A program made the position numbers and the translations under genes. The notes under the pieces were generated by a model, which worked only from the letters and a program-made list of their open reading frames with translations, ran no database searches and was not told where the DNA came from. This document shows, piece by piece, positions 7,322 through 17,300 of a DNA stretch of 29,586 bases. The stretch is from Bdellovibrionia bacterium. GTDB taxonomy: Bacteria; Bdellovibrionota; UBA1018. Position 1 is the first letter of the stretch; each line of letters begins with the position of its first letter. The DNA is taken from contig JBJMMA010000143.1 of the NCBI GenBank assembly GCA_045805065.1, forward strand, positions 1-29,586. The letters run 5' to 3'.

Positions 7322-7923
7322 GACGGCGCCCCTGAAATCACGCCCTCGCGATCAACAAAACAGATTCGCAGGCCTTTAGCCAAAAGCGCGCGCATCGGCA
7401 CACCCGCGGCCACAAACAAGTTCTTCACAAGGTAGCGCGCAACGCCTTGATAATCGCGCCCAAAACTCACAATTCGAGTGAACAAAAGATGATCCCAAAA
7501 CGCGCGCCGAGCGCTTTCAGGAAGATGATCGCGTTGCTTACTATCCAGAGCAGCTCCTTTTCGAGCTCCAGTCACGATGCGCGCAATCCCACCTGAGAGT
7601 TCTTTAGAAAACCGCTGCCAAGCTGCACGTGACGGCACCTTAATGAGCAAGTGCAGGTGATTGCCAACGTTAGCAAAGCGAAGGATGCGCACTCCCCAAC
7701 GCCTTGCCGCTTTTTGAACATGCGTTTCAATCGCGTTGCAGTGCCTGGGATGAAGCATCGAGAGCTGCCCACGTGCCTTGGAAGATCTTAAAACCACATG
7801 AAGAGCTTGTTTGGGATCAATCGGGCGAAAGGTTTTGCGCTTTCCCAACGAGAGATCGCCGCCATGACTCTTGGCTGCGCCTTTTTCAAAGCCAGGTAAA
7901 TAAGATTCCTTTTTTGCTCTCAC
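7318..7923 (-). mobile_element. Y1/HUH tyrosine transposase (IS200/RAYT-like)
   Basis: HVVLR strand, NHLHLLI HUH motif, FW..R motif and YLVKN catalytic helix. Start placed at GTG 7923 (track start TTG 7959 also possible). Shares a TTAA stop overlap with romR. Confidence 0.8.
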
Positions 7924-8107
7924 GCGGTCTTGAATATCATTGGGGCAATGTAATAGCAAGCAGCAATCGTCAAAATTAGTAGCTCATTTCAAAACAAAAA
8001 CAGCGAGTTACGGCTTCCCACGCCCTCAACTCAGCGCCCCGAATGAGCCCCAAATTACTTACGCTGGCCTTATATTAACAATTACTGCCCTAGGGCTTGC
8101 ACAAACG

Positions 8108-8869
8108 TCACTTCGCCGGCCGGACCTTAACGTCTTCAGCATAAAGCTTCAGAGCCAAGCCATTTTCACGAACTAAAAGTTCGCCCGAAGGTCCTACCCC
8201 ATCGACGATGCCAGCATGAGTACGGCCATCCGCAACCCACTCAATCGCAGTACCAGAAGACAAAGCGGCATGAGCATTGTATCGCTCGAGCAAAACTGCA
8301 GACCCACGGGTCTGCAAATCACCCAGGATTTCTAAAATAGAAGAAATCAAAGGCTGACGAATCTCATCAGCGGTTACTTCAATGCGCTGGCCGCGAGCCG
8401 ATAAAAACTCGGTCAAAGAAATCGTCTTTTGATCCAGACCCTCTGGCGCACGCACGCAGTTCAAACCAATCCCGATCACAATGAAAGAGGACGACTTCGT
8501 GCCCGTGGCCTCGCAAAGAATCCCACCCAGCTTGGAGCCTTCAATCCAAAGATCGTTTGGCCATTTGATCTTCACTTCCAGCTTGGGGTTGAACTCATGC
8601 AAGGTCTCAGCGATTGCAATGGCCGTGGCCATTGGAACCCAGCTCCAGCTTTCGGAGGGAGCCATGCGAGCGATGATTGATAAAAAGAGATTTCCCTCGA
8701 TCGTTTCCCATTTGCGGCCTAAACGTCCCCGTCCCGCAGTTTGGCGACGAGTCGAGATCCAGGTCCCATGAGGAGCGCCCGCTTCAGCAAGTTTTTTGGC
8801 AAGATCATTTGTCGACTCGCACTCATCGATGACTGAATTAGGAACTAAATGCGGAATCGTGCTTGCCAC
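8108..8869 (-). CDS. birA: Biotin-[acetyl-CoA carboxylase] ligase (no N-terminal HTH)
   Basis: STND, QTAGRGRLGRKW, KWPND, KLGGIL, GIGLN motifs. Confidence 0.95.
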   Translation of the reverse strand: MASTIPHLVPNSVIDECESTNDLAKKLAEAGAPHGTWISTRRQTAGRGRLGRKWETIEGNLFLSIIARMAPSESWSWVPMATAIAIAETLHEFNPKLEVKIKWPNDLWIEGSKLGGILCEATGTKSSSFIVIGIGLNCVRAPEGLDQKTISLTEFLSARGQRIEVTADEIRQPLISSILEILGDLQTRGSAVLLERYNAHAALSSGTAIEWVADGRTHAGIVDGVGPSGELLVRENGLALKLYAEDVKVRPAK

Positions 8870-8896
8870 TGGCCGGACCTCCTCAACAATCCGTGC

Positions 8897-9805
8897 TTAC
8901 TTCGTTATTAAAAGCGAAAGATCAATCGCCTTCACCGAATGAGTCAGTGATCCAGACGACAGAATATTCACGCCTTCGATCGCATAATCTCCGATGTTGT
9001 CTTCATTGATTCCGCCTGAGACTTCAACCAAAGGACGATGCAACGAAGACTCAATCACATTCAAAGCCTTGCGGATTTCATCAGGAGAGAAGTTATCCAA
9101 AAGTACGCCACCGGCTTCTGCAGCAATCGCTTGCTCAAGCTCACGCATATTGGTGACTTCAATTTCAATCAAAAGCCCGTGCGGAGCAACAGCGCGTACG
9201 CCTTCAACGGCGCGAACCACGCCTCCTGCTGCAGCGATATGATTTTCTTTGATCAAGACGCCACCCGACAAACTCACGCGATGACTATAGCCACCGCCTG
9301 CGATCACGCCATAAATGGCAAGATCACGATAACCCGGCAGCGTCTTGCGGGTTGCCGTCAAACGAGGAGGTTTCACTGGACACGCCTCATGAATGCGCTC
9401 AACAAGCCCGGCGGTCTTTGTGGCAATCCCCCCGACATAAGAAGCAAGATTCAGGAACGGACGCTCAAGCGCCAAAACCTGGCGCGCAGGCCCCGACCAT
9501 TCCACAACCGTCATTCCTGGCTTTAAGCGTGTCCCATTCGCCACTAAAGCTTTTGCCTTAATCTTGGGCTCGACTTTCATCAGCGCTTCAACGAGCGCAT
9601 CCGCTGCCCAGACGCCATGAGACTTGGCGATGATTTTGGCACGGATTTTCTGATCGGGCGCACGCAGCGTCCCCAGGGTCGTCCAATCCCATTCCCAACC
9701 GTCTTCCTCTAAGCCGCGCCTTAAAGCAGCTTCAAACGGCGCAACGCAGGTTGAATGTTGGTTTAAAGAGAAGATGGACTGGCGAGTGGATCGTTTTTGA
9801 GGCAT
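8897..9805 (-). CDS. nadC: Nicotinate-nucleotide pyrophosphorylase (quinolinate phosphoribosyltransferase)
   Basis: EED..DWTT, TRKTLPG, GGG.SHR, LIKENH, IEIEV, LLDNF, EVSGGI, LTHS. Start moved to ATG 9805 to avoid overlap with rph; exact start uncertain. Confidence 0.95.
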   Translation of the reverse strand: MPQKRSTRQSIFSLNQHSTCVAPFEAALRRGLEEDGWEWDWTTLGTLRAPDQKIRAKIIAKSHGVWAADALVEALMKVEPKIKAKALVANGTRLKPGMTVVEWSGPARQVLALERPFLNLASYVGGIATKTAGLVERIHEACPVKPPRLTATRKTLPGYRDLAIYGVIAGGGYSHRVSLSGGVLIKENHIAAAGGVVRAVEGVRAVAPHGLLIEIEVTNMRELEQAIAAEAGGVLLDNFSPDEIRKALNVIESSLHRPLVEVSGGINEDNIGDYAIEGVNILSSGSLTHSVKAIDLSLLITK

Positions 9806-9818
9806 GACTTTTACTACT

Positions 9819-10553
9819 ATGGAAACCCCAAAAGAGACAATCTTACGTGAGCCAAAAGGGCGCAAAGCGCTTGAAATCCGTCCCCTCTCCATCGAGACAG
9901 GCGTTAGCCGCTATGCAGAAGGATCGGCCCTGATCAAGGCAGGTAACACTCACGTACTCTGCACCGCCTCAGTCGAGGAAAGTGTTCCTGGCTGGCTGGT
10001 CGGCAAAGGCCAGGGCTGGGTTACGGCGGAATACTCGATGCTTCCTCGCGCAACCCATACGCGCTCCAAACGCGATCGCGAGAAGGTTTCCGGACGCACG
10101 CAAGAAATTCAACGCCTCATCGGGCGCGCCTTGAGAACCATGGTGGATCTCAAAGCCTTGGGAGAGCGTTCTATCCTCATCGACTGCGATGTCCTTCAAG
10201 CGGACGGCGGTACGCGCACGGCTTCCATCAGCGGCGCTTGCGTGGCATTGGGCATGGCGCTCAAAAAGCTCGAAAAAGCTGGAAAGATTTCAAGTTCAGC
10301 ATTTGTGGACACGGTTGCCGCGATTAGCGTCGGGATGAAGAACGGTCAAGTTCTTGTCGATCTGGACTATCAGGAAGACTCCAGCTGTGATGTCGACATG
10401 AACGTTGTCATGACAGGCAAAGGTGAGCTTGTCGAAGTTCAAGGCACCGCCGAGAGAAAGCCATTTACAATGGCTCAGCTTCAAGAAATGACGCAAGGCG
10501 CAAGCGCCGCCATCCAAGAGATTAGAAAGATTCAGTTAAAAAGTTTTACCTAA
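9819..10553 (+). CDS. rph: Ribonuclease PH
   Basis: [60 protein letters not shown]. Start ATG 9819 or 9804. Confidence 0.97.
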   Translation: METPKETILREPKGRKALEIRPLSIETGVSRYAEGSALIKAGNTHVLCTASVEESVPGWLVGKGQGWVTAEYSMLPRATHTRSKRDREKVSGRTQEIQRLIGRALRTMVDLKALGERSILIDCDVLQADGGTRTASISGACVALGMALKKLEKAGKISSSAFVDTVAAISVGMKNGQVLVDLDYQEDSSCDVDMNVVMTGKGELVEVQGTAERKPFTMAQLQEMTQGASAAIQEIRKIQLKSFT

Positions 10554-10616
10554 TTTCAGATTCATGCTGAAATTAATTGTTAGCTGAATAACGCTTCAAC
10601 TCGTTAAGGAAGACGA

Positions 10617-11645
10617 TTGCTGAAACGGTTTTTACTCACTTGCAGTTTGGGATCGCTCTTGCTTGCGTCGTCTGCGTTCGCAGACAGCGCACATTTGATG
10701 CGTACTTCGCGCACCCGGATCAATGGCCTTCGCATGAAGGCCTCTCCCACTGTCGTTGAAGAGACCTCCGGATCAAAAATTCAGCACTTCGTGATCATCG
10801 AAGGTCTTTATCCAAAAGACGACTGGAGCTTGATCATCGGTAAAGTGAAGCTCAAGCGCGATAAGTCGGGCCGGTTCAAGGCCAAAACCAAAATCGAATC
10901 AAAAGAAAAACCGCTCGCACTTGCCGCCGTGGGACCTGGTGGACAAGTCGAAGTTGAGAATTTAAAGATTCTCTACCCGGATTTTGATCCGAAAGGAAAA
11001 CAAGCCGCGCGCCACAGCTTCTCTGTCGGCACGGGGATTTCCATGCTGAGCTACACTCAGCAGGCAACCCTTGTATCAGACGCAGTTAGCTTGAGTGAAA
11101 AAGGCGTTACCCTCAAAGGAAGCTACGTCTATCGCCTGGCTCCTCCAAACTGGGATCTTGGCGTCACCGTTTTTGGTACGGCCGCAGTCCTCAGCTCTGA
11201 CGTTCCGGCAACGACGGCACGCTTTTTTGGCGCGAATTTCCGTATCGGCTACGCAGTTTCTCAGATCAGTGAGCCATGGCGTCTGCTCCTGATGTTCGGC
11301 GGCTACTATACGACCATGTCGGTTTCGACGAACAACTTCGGATTCAAGAATCTCTCGGGTCCGCAGTTCTTCCCGGTTCTTCGTCGCGCTCTCAGCCAAG
11401 GCGACAGCGTCTCGACTTACTTTAAGATTTCACCAGTCTCCGCTGGTGGAATCAGCGTGACCAATCTCAATAGCCGCGAAATGGCTTTCGGCGTGACCTA
11501 CAACAAGAACCTCAAGAACGGTCACAGCATCCCCTTCAGCATCGACTACTCAAATTTAAAGAGCGAGATCGAGTCGGATGATGGAACCGCGAAGGTTCCT
11601 GTTCAGCTGAACTCCCTCACCTTCGGTGTGGGCTATAACTTCTAA
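10617..11645 (+). CDS. Exported protein with C-terminal outer-membrane beta-barrel
   Basis: Signal peptide (..SSAFA|D), alternating-hydrophobic beta strands in the C-terminal two thirds, terminal GVGYNF (BAM-type C-terminal Phe). Confidence 0.7.
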   Translation: MLKRFLLTCSLGSLLLASSAFADSAHLMRTSRTRINGLRMKASPTVVEETSGSKIQHFVIIEGLYPKDDWSLIIGKVKLKRDKSGRFKAKTKIESKEKPLALAAVGPGGQVEVENLKILYPDFDPKGKQAARHSFSVGTGISMLSYTQQATLVSDAVSLSEKGVTLKGSYVYRLAPPNWDLGVTVFGTAAVLSSDVPATTARFFGANFRIGYAVSQISEPWRLLLMFGGYYTTMSVSTNNFGFKNLSGPQFFPVLRRALSQGDSVSTYFKISPVSAGGISVTNLNSREMAFGVTYNKNLKNGHSIPFSIDYSNLKSEIESDDGTAKVPVQLNSLTFGVGYNF

Positions 11646-11671
11646 GCACTCACGTAACTTCCGAGGACATA

Positions 11672-12766
11672 ATGGCCCACTCGAAATTTGTGGCGCTTTT
11701 ATTGATAGCCGGATCTGCCATTGCTGCAGAAAACTCATCCCATGGTCCTGAAGCGCGTCTTTACGATGGGAATCAAATCGTTGCTGAAATTTTAAGTTAT
11801 GACTCTCACTTGGGCGATGGCCTTTACGGCAATGTAGAGGAAATCACGCTCCGCGACTCCAAAGGTCAGATCACAAAAGCGGCAATGAAGCTTTTCAATA
11901 TGGAAGAAACAAAGGAGCGCAGACAGAGCGCGATTCATAACTTATCGTTGCTTAAGCCAGTTTTCGAGCAAGACCATCATGGTGTCCTCTCTCATTCAAG
12001 TTCAGGATTAAAACTCGTGCCCACTGGTGCCAGAAGGAGCAAACGTTCTGTCGATGTCATCATCAGTCCACTTGTCAACGGCTCCGTCTATTCGAAAAGC
12101 GAGATGCTCGCGCTCAAGCCAAAAACACCCGACTTCGAAGCGCGTCTCGACGTGCTTTTAAAATACAAACGACAGGTTTTAGAGGGGATGTCGCTTCTCG
12201 CGTCCAACGGGCTTACGCATGGGGATGTCAAACCTGTGAACGTGCTTTATGCTTTGCAAGCAGGCTTTGATTGGAAAAATCCTGATCCATCCAAGATTCG
12301 GTTCATGCTATCCGACTATGACACAGTGACGCCCATTGGTAAGAGCTTTTCAGACTTTGGTTGGAAGTACGCGCCGCCCGAACTGCTACTCAATCATACC
12401 GATCTGGCTTCACCGGCCTCTGATCTCTTCAGCCATGCCTTATCCGTTTACCAACTCGCATTGGGCAAACCATCCTGGGAGCATCAGGCCGACAGGGAAA
12501 AACTCTACGCCAACCCAAAACTCTACGAAGAACACCTGAAAGCCTTGGATCACAGTTTTGCCCTGCTTGAAGAGCAAGCTCCCTCGGAATCGTCCCGCAG
12601 GAAGATCAAAGAGCTTCGCGACTTTGTCAGCAACGGCTTAAAGCACTCTCCAACAGAACGCTTAAAGGCTTTCCCAGCGATCTGGGCGAGCCATTTAAAG
12701 TACGCCCACGCAAGTGCACCCTGTGAAAATCTGGCCGAGCGAGTAGAGGCGCTTTTGCGTCATTAA
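11672..12766 (+). CDS. Signal-peptide-bearing Hanks-type Ser/Thr protein kinase
   Basis: Signal peptide MAHSKFVALLLIAGSAIA|A; GDGLYGNV, AAMK, HGDVKPVN, DYD (DFG position), YAPPE, SDLFS. Confidence 0.85.
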   Translation: MAHSKFVALLLIAGSAIAAENSSHGPEARLYDGNQIVAEILSYDSHLGDGLYGNVEEITLRDSKGQITKAAMKLFNMEETKERRQSAIHNLSLLKPVFEQDHHGVLSHSSSGLKLVPTGARRSKRSVDVIISPLVNGSVYSKSEMLALKPKTPDFEARLDVLLKYKRQVLEGMSLLASNGLTHGDVKPVNVLYALQAGFDWKNPDPSKIRFMLSDYDTVTPIGKSFSDFGWKYAPPELLLNHTDLASPASDLFSHALSVYQLALGKPSWEHQADREKLYANPKLYEEHLKALDHSFALLEEQAPSESSRRKIKELRDFVSNGLKHSPTERLKAFPAIWASHLKYAHASAPCENLAERVEALLRH

Positions 12767-12775
12767 AAGCGCCTC
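12746..12775. terminator. Hairpin between convergent genes
   Basis: GAGGCGCTTTT-N8-AAAAGCGCCTC, an 11-bp perfect stem over the kinase stop codon; no clear U tract. Confidence 0.45.
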
Positions 12776-12812
12776 CAAAGACCTTAAGTCCTCGCTCAAA
12801 CAAAACTGACTT

Positions 12813-13013
12813 TTACTTTTTCTCTTCGTGCTTACAGCTATCCTTGTCGCACTTGCCTGACTTTGCACAATCGCACATCTTGCATTTGCATCCCTTGGAG
12901 TCGCCCTTTTGACATTGGGTCATGCACTGCTTGCTACAAGCACATTCCTGGTCAGCAAAAGCAGGGGTAGCTGCCATGAGAAGGACGGATAAAGCGAAAG
13001 CTTGGCGGATCAT
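12813..13013 (-). CDS. Secreted Cys-rich, metallothionein-like peptide (66 aa)
   Basis: SD AGGAGA before ATG 13013; signal peptide MIRQAFALSVLLMAATPAFA|D; mature part has 10 Cys in 46 aa including three CxC pairs, Lys-rich, no Phe/Tyr/Trp. Confidence 0.75.
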   Translation of the reverse strand: MIRQAFALSVLLMAATPAFADQECACSKQCMTQCQKGDSKGCKCKMCDCAKSGKCDKDSCKHEEKK

Positions 13014-13100
13014 AGAATCTCCTGTCTTATAAGCGCTCAAAAGTATTGAGCTTTTACACACTGCTCGTTTGAGCCAGCCGTCTGGCCACTCAACCTATAA

Positions 13101-13154
13101 AACGCCCACCCAAAAAGTTTTGTGACAGGTCACAAAAGAAAATTTTTGTGCGTA
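13101..13154. promoter_or_regulatory. Back-to-back ECF sigma promoters
   Basis: Plus strand GTCACA(13129-13134)-N16-CGTA(13151-13154); minus strand GTCACA(13126-13121)-N16-CGTT(13104-13101). Confidence 0.8.
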
Positions 13155-13169
13155 TTGTAAGAAGAGAGA

Positions 13170-13721
13170 ATGACTGACGAAAGTCTGATGCTAGCATACG
13201 CCGCGGGCGACTACGCCGCTTTTGAAACCCTGTACCAGAGACATTCTGGACGGGTGTATGCCTATTTGAAGCGAAAACTCTCGAACGTCGAGGAGGCCGA
13301 TGAAGTCTTTCAAAAGGTCTTCCTCAAGCTGCATCAGACTCGAACGAAATACAACTCCTCGTACCTTTTTACCCAATGGCTTTTTGTGATCGCGAAGACA
13401 GGTGTTTTGGACCATCTCAGAAAGCAAGGCCGCCAGGTTCCGACGTCAAATCTTGAAGAGTTCGGAGATATTTTTGCGGTCGAGATGTCACAAACGGATG
13501 GGAATCCAGCGTTATTACTCGAGAAGGGTAAAAGTCTCGAAATTCTGGAGGATATCGCGCCCGAGCAACGTCAGGTCATTGAGATGCGGATCATTGATGA
13601 AATGTCTTATGAGGAAATAGCCAAGGCCCTCAATCGTTCACAGGATGGGGTCCGACAAATGATCAGCCGCGCTCTCAAGAAGCTCAGACTTTCGGCAATG
13701 GATTCAGGGAGCAGTAAATGA
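13170..13721 (+). CDS. ECF sigma-70 factor
   Basis: DESLM..GD..AFETLY, region 2 EEADEVFQKVFLK / WLFVIAK..LD.LRK, region 4 MSYEEIAKAL..V...ISRALKKLR. Confidence 0.95.
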   Translation: MTDESLMLAYAAGDYAAFETLYQRHSGRVYAYLKRKLSNVEEADEVFQKVFLKLHQTRTKYNSSYLFTQWLFVIAKTGVLDHLRKQGRQVPTSNLEEFGDIFAVEMSQTDGNPALLLEKGKSLEILEDIAPEQRQVIEMRIIDEMSYEEIAKALNRSQDGVRQMISRALKKLRLSAMDSGSSK

Positions 13722-14233
13722 ACACAGAATATCAGGAGTTTTTAAACAAGCAGGAATCTCCTCCGAAAAAAGCGTCCGAGCAAATCCTTGCTCAGATCCA
13801 TCAAGACTTGCATCCATCTGTTTGGAAAACCTTTTCGAAGCTCTCACTGATTCACTTCGCAGTGGCCCTGGTCACACTTTCCATTTGTCCCCAGTTCGGA
13901 ATCCGACTTCTGGGTGAAGGCATGGGCCTCATGCACGTATTCATGGGACTCGGCGATTTGGGCTGCCCATTGGCCTGCGGGTTCTTCTTTACGGGAACAA
14001 CTCTTCTGGTGGCGAGCCTCGTTTTGAGACCCGAAGAGATCCGCGCACTCCGGCGCAATCGCTTCACAGAAGCGCTTGCTCTGACTCTATTGTCCTTAGG
14101 ATTCTTCGTCATGATCAGGGCAGAGATTGCCCTAGGATTCGCGCTGCTTTGGATGCTGGGCTCAATCATTGGAAGCCTGCTCGCGCTCGAATTAGGTTGG
14201 ATGGCTCGCGTGAAAGCGTATGCCCTGCCTTAA
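13718..14233 (+). CDS. Probable membrane anti-sigma factor with Cys motifs
   Basis: ATGA overlap with the ECF gene; about 4 TM helices; ICPQFG and CPLAC plus a Met/His-rich loop MGLMHVFM. Confidence 0.7.
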   Translation: MNTEYQEFLNKQESPPKKASEQILAQIHQDLHPSVWKTFSKLSLIHFAVALVTLSICPQFGIRLLGEGMGLMHVFMGLGDLGCPLACGFFFTGTTLLVASLVLRPEEIRALRRNRFTEALALTLLSLGFFVMIRAEIALGFALLWMLGSIIGSLLALELGWMARVKAYALP

Positions 14234-14295
14234 GATTTAAGAGCCTGATGGGCCAGCGTCAAAATCCAGGCGCTCGAGGCTATTCGCTCATTCTC

Positions 14296-14323
14296 TCAAG
14301 CATATCTCAACTCATGTCGATGA
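14296..14323 (+). promoter_or_regulatory. sigma28-like promoter of the 1009-aa gene
   Basis: TCAAG-N15-GTCGATGA, ending 6 nt before ATG 14330; no clear SD. Confidence 0.5.
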
Positions 14324-14329
14324 GACTGT

Positions 14330-17300
14330 ATGAGATTGAGGCTCTTCAAAGGATTGAAGGCTCTGTTGGGAATAGCATTTTTATTCTCGGGCATCGCTCA
14401 CTCTGAAATCCAGTCACCTCCCGTCCCGACAATCAACGAGCTCTCGACTCAGATCGCGAGTCGACTGACGCGCGTCGAGGAATTCAAATTCATCAGAACC
14501 GAAGCTGAGAAGCTCGGAGTCCGCGCCTATCTTTTTGGCGGAACCGCCGCAGCTTACGCCCACTATGTGAAATGGGACATGCAACGAGAGCTGGGTGACA
14601 AGAGATATCAGCCCGATCGCTTTGACTACGACTACACCAACATTTTTCGATCCACGCAGGATTTGGACATCGTGATTGACGGAAACGCCGAGCAGGCTCA
14701 AACCCTACAGAACGCGCTTCAACAAAAGTATCCTCACCTCCAAGGCAAAAAGACCGCCTGGGAAGTCCGTCTCTTGAATCAAGACATGGGCGATAAGCTG
14801 GCAATCCTGAACAATCCGGATTTCATGAACCAGCATACGGACTCCAACTCCACCGGGATGATCGAGATTTCAAAGCCCAAGCCTGCCGAGCCCGTGGTGC
14901 GCGATGTTCGTGACTGGAATTCCTCGGAGCCGTATTTTCTGAAGGATGTTCACGACGGCACCCTTCACTATTACTTCTCCCCGCTTCACAAAAAGACGAA
15001 GTTCGCCAAGGAGGGAAGAAATCCCCCCATCATCTCGGTCATTCGCTATCTCACCAAAGCGTTTCAGTATGACCTCAAACTGAGGCCTGAAGACCTCGCG
15101 CAGATTCAGAAGATCATTGATGACTTCTATCCTCACCTGAATAAGGACAACTCATACGTAAATTATTGGATCGAAAAAAACGGGAAGAAGCTTGTTCAGA
15201 ATGCAGTCAATATCGAACACGCCCGGGATACGCTCGCAGAACTCGGCCTGAGCAAAAAGTTAATCGACTTCAGTGGCGATCCGACCAAACAAGATTCCCT
15301 TGCCTGGTGGCTGAGCAAAGAGCCCTTGAGAACAAAACCCATCGGTCAAGGATCCGGGAAAACCGCGAAAGAGCTTGGCCTTGATGTCGTCGCTCACGAA
15401 ACCAACTCGGACCAGGCCGTCGAAAGCATCACCCGAGCGCATACGGGCGATCCAAATGTTTTTATTTCCCGCAATTACGCGGCTGGCGAAGCCGCGGTCT
15501 ATGGCGATGGCTTTTACACCATGGCAGGAAAGCAAGGTGCCCGCGGCACGGGTCTCACGATCCGGTTCCATCTCGACCCCAACGCGCGTGAGTCGACTGA
15601 CTTCAAACTCGTTAACCACGATCTCGTCAAAGACTTTCCCGAAGGCTATACCTACGTCATTGTTCAGAACAAAGCCGCTCTCAAAGTCATACCTGAGAGC
15701 CTCAATATGGATCCCGTTCAGTACTTCCGGTTGCGCGCCGAGGGAAAACTGGCCATTGACGCGGATGACGGAGCCCTGGCTAAAAGACTTGAAAGAAAAA
15801 TCCGCACCAAGCTCCACGCGCTGCCAGCGGAGCAACAAAGCGAGCTTGCGCAAACACTGAAGCATTACATCGACTCAAGCGAACCCATGAAACTGACGAC
15901 CCTGGTTCAAGAGTGGCCCGAGCTGATTTCGTCAGTCCTCATTCATCATGAACCTGTCGAAACCTTCAAAGGCCTCGCCGAGGAACCCGAAAAATGGCTA
16001 AGCTCCGCCAAAGAGCTTAACGTTTACCCGAAACTCAAAGCCGTAATCGAGTCGCCCAACTTCAAATTGTCAGATCAGGAGTGCCAGGACATCGCCAGAA
16101 TTCTGGAACGAAACGCCCAGAGCAAATCTCCAAACTGGGAGCTTTTGAAAGCTTGGTTTGCAAGTCCCAAGAGCCCACAGTACTCGGATGACCTTCTCAA
16201 AATTCTTTTGCAGCGCAAATGGGATCGCCCCAAGCTCGTTTTGGATCTGCTCAATCTCCCTCCCTGGAAGAACCACCCTCTCACACAAGCACTTGCCGGA
16301 CAGAAAGTTGCGTTTCAGGCAGGCAGAAGCTGCGTGGAGCAGATCAAGCTCAGGCTGACTCTTGAGAAGATTGGCATTGCAGGGTTCTCAGGCACAGTCC
16401 TTGGAACCGGAGCCTATATTTATCAACGCGATACCCTTCGCTCATCCGAAGAAGAGATGCTGGCCAGAATCAAATCGCGCATGAAAACCGCGAAGTCGCT
16501 TTCCGAGCTCCTCGCGGGCGTAAAGCTTCCTGATGGAGAGAGACCTGTATATGACAAGGCTTTCCGCGAACTGTTTGATCAGGCCTCGGTTGGTCGACTC
16601 CTCTCGCTTCCTACAACCACCGAAGAGCTTCGCAAACTTGCGGACTATGCCCGAGCATACAACCGCCCCGATAGCTATGATTCGATTTTTGATGCCGCTT
16701 ATCAGTCCAATCTGAGGAAATCCCGAACGCCGGGTGAATTTCTCAGCCTCATGCACAAAGTGCATGCCGCCGATTTAGGAATGGACAAAGAAGCCTATAC
16801 CGCTGATGAATTCGTGAAGCTCCATCCGACCTCAAAGGACGTCGAAGACTTTCTCGTGACCGGACATTACTTTGTTCCACCTTACGCGATCATCAGGCAC
16901 ATCATTTCAAACGCGAGAAACCTCGATGAACTGATGCACCCTCTGACCCTGAGCAAGGAAGACTTCGATCGCAGGGCACCTAGACAAGGTGGAAATGGCC
17001 TTGTGGCCGGAAGCTTCGGAGTTTATGACATGGAAATCAGCGCAATCGAAAAATTCGAGATCAAACCCAAAGATCTCAAAACGCTGGCAAATTCCGTTTA
17101 TGGAGGAGACGAGATCCACGTCTTTTTCAAAATCGCCCTCAAACAAGCCAAATCCAGGTCACAAGTCAAAGAGCTCGTGCAAGCCCTGGACAGCGGTCTC
17201 TGGGCCCCCCGCTATCGCTCGATGCGTCTCAGGGAAGCCATTCAGCAGAACGCAGAACATCTCAAATCTCTCGGCATGAGCGAAAAAGAAGCAAAAGAAC

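Noticed and set aside
12782..14234. CCTTAAG on both sides of the ECF module as a possible target-site duplication
   Set aside because: Only 7 bp, also found at 7316, and no integrase or transposon ends nearby.
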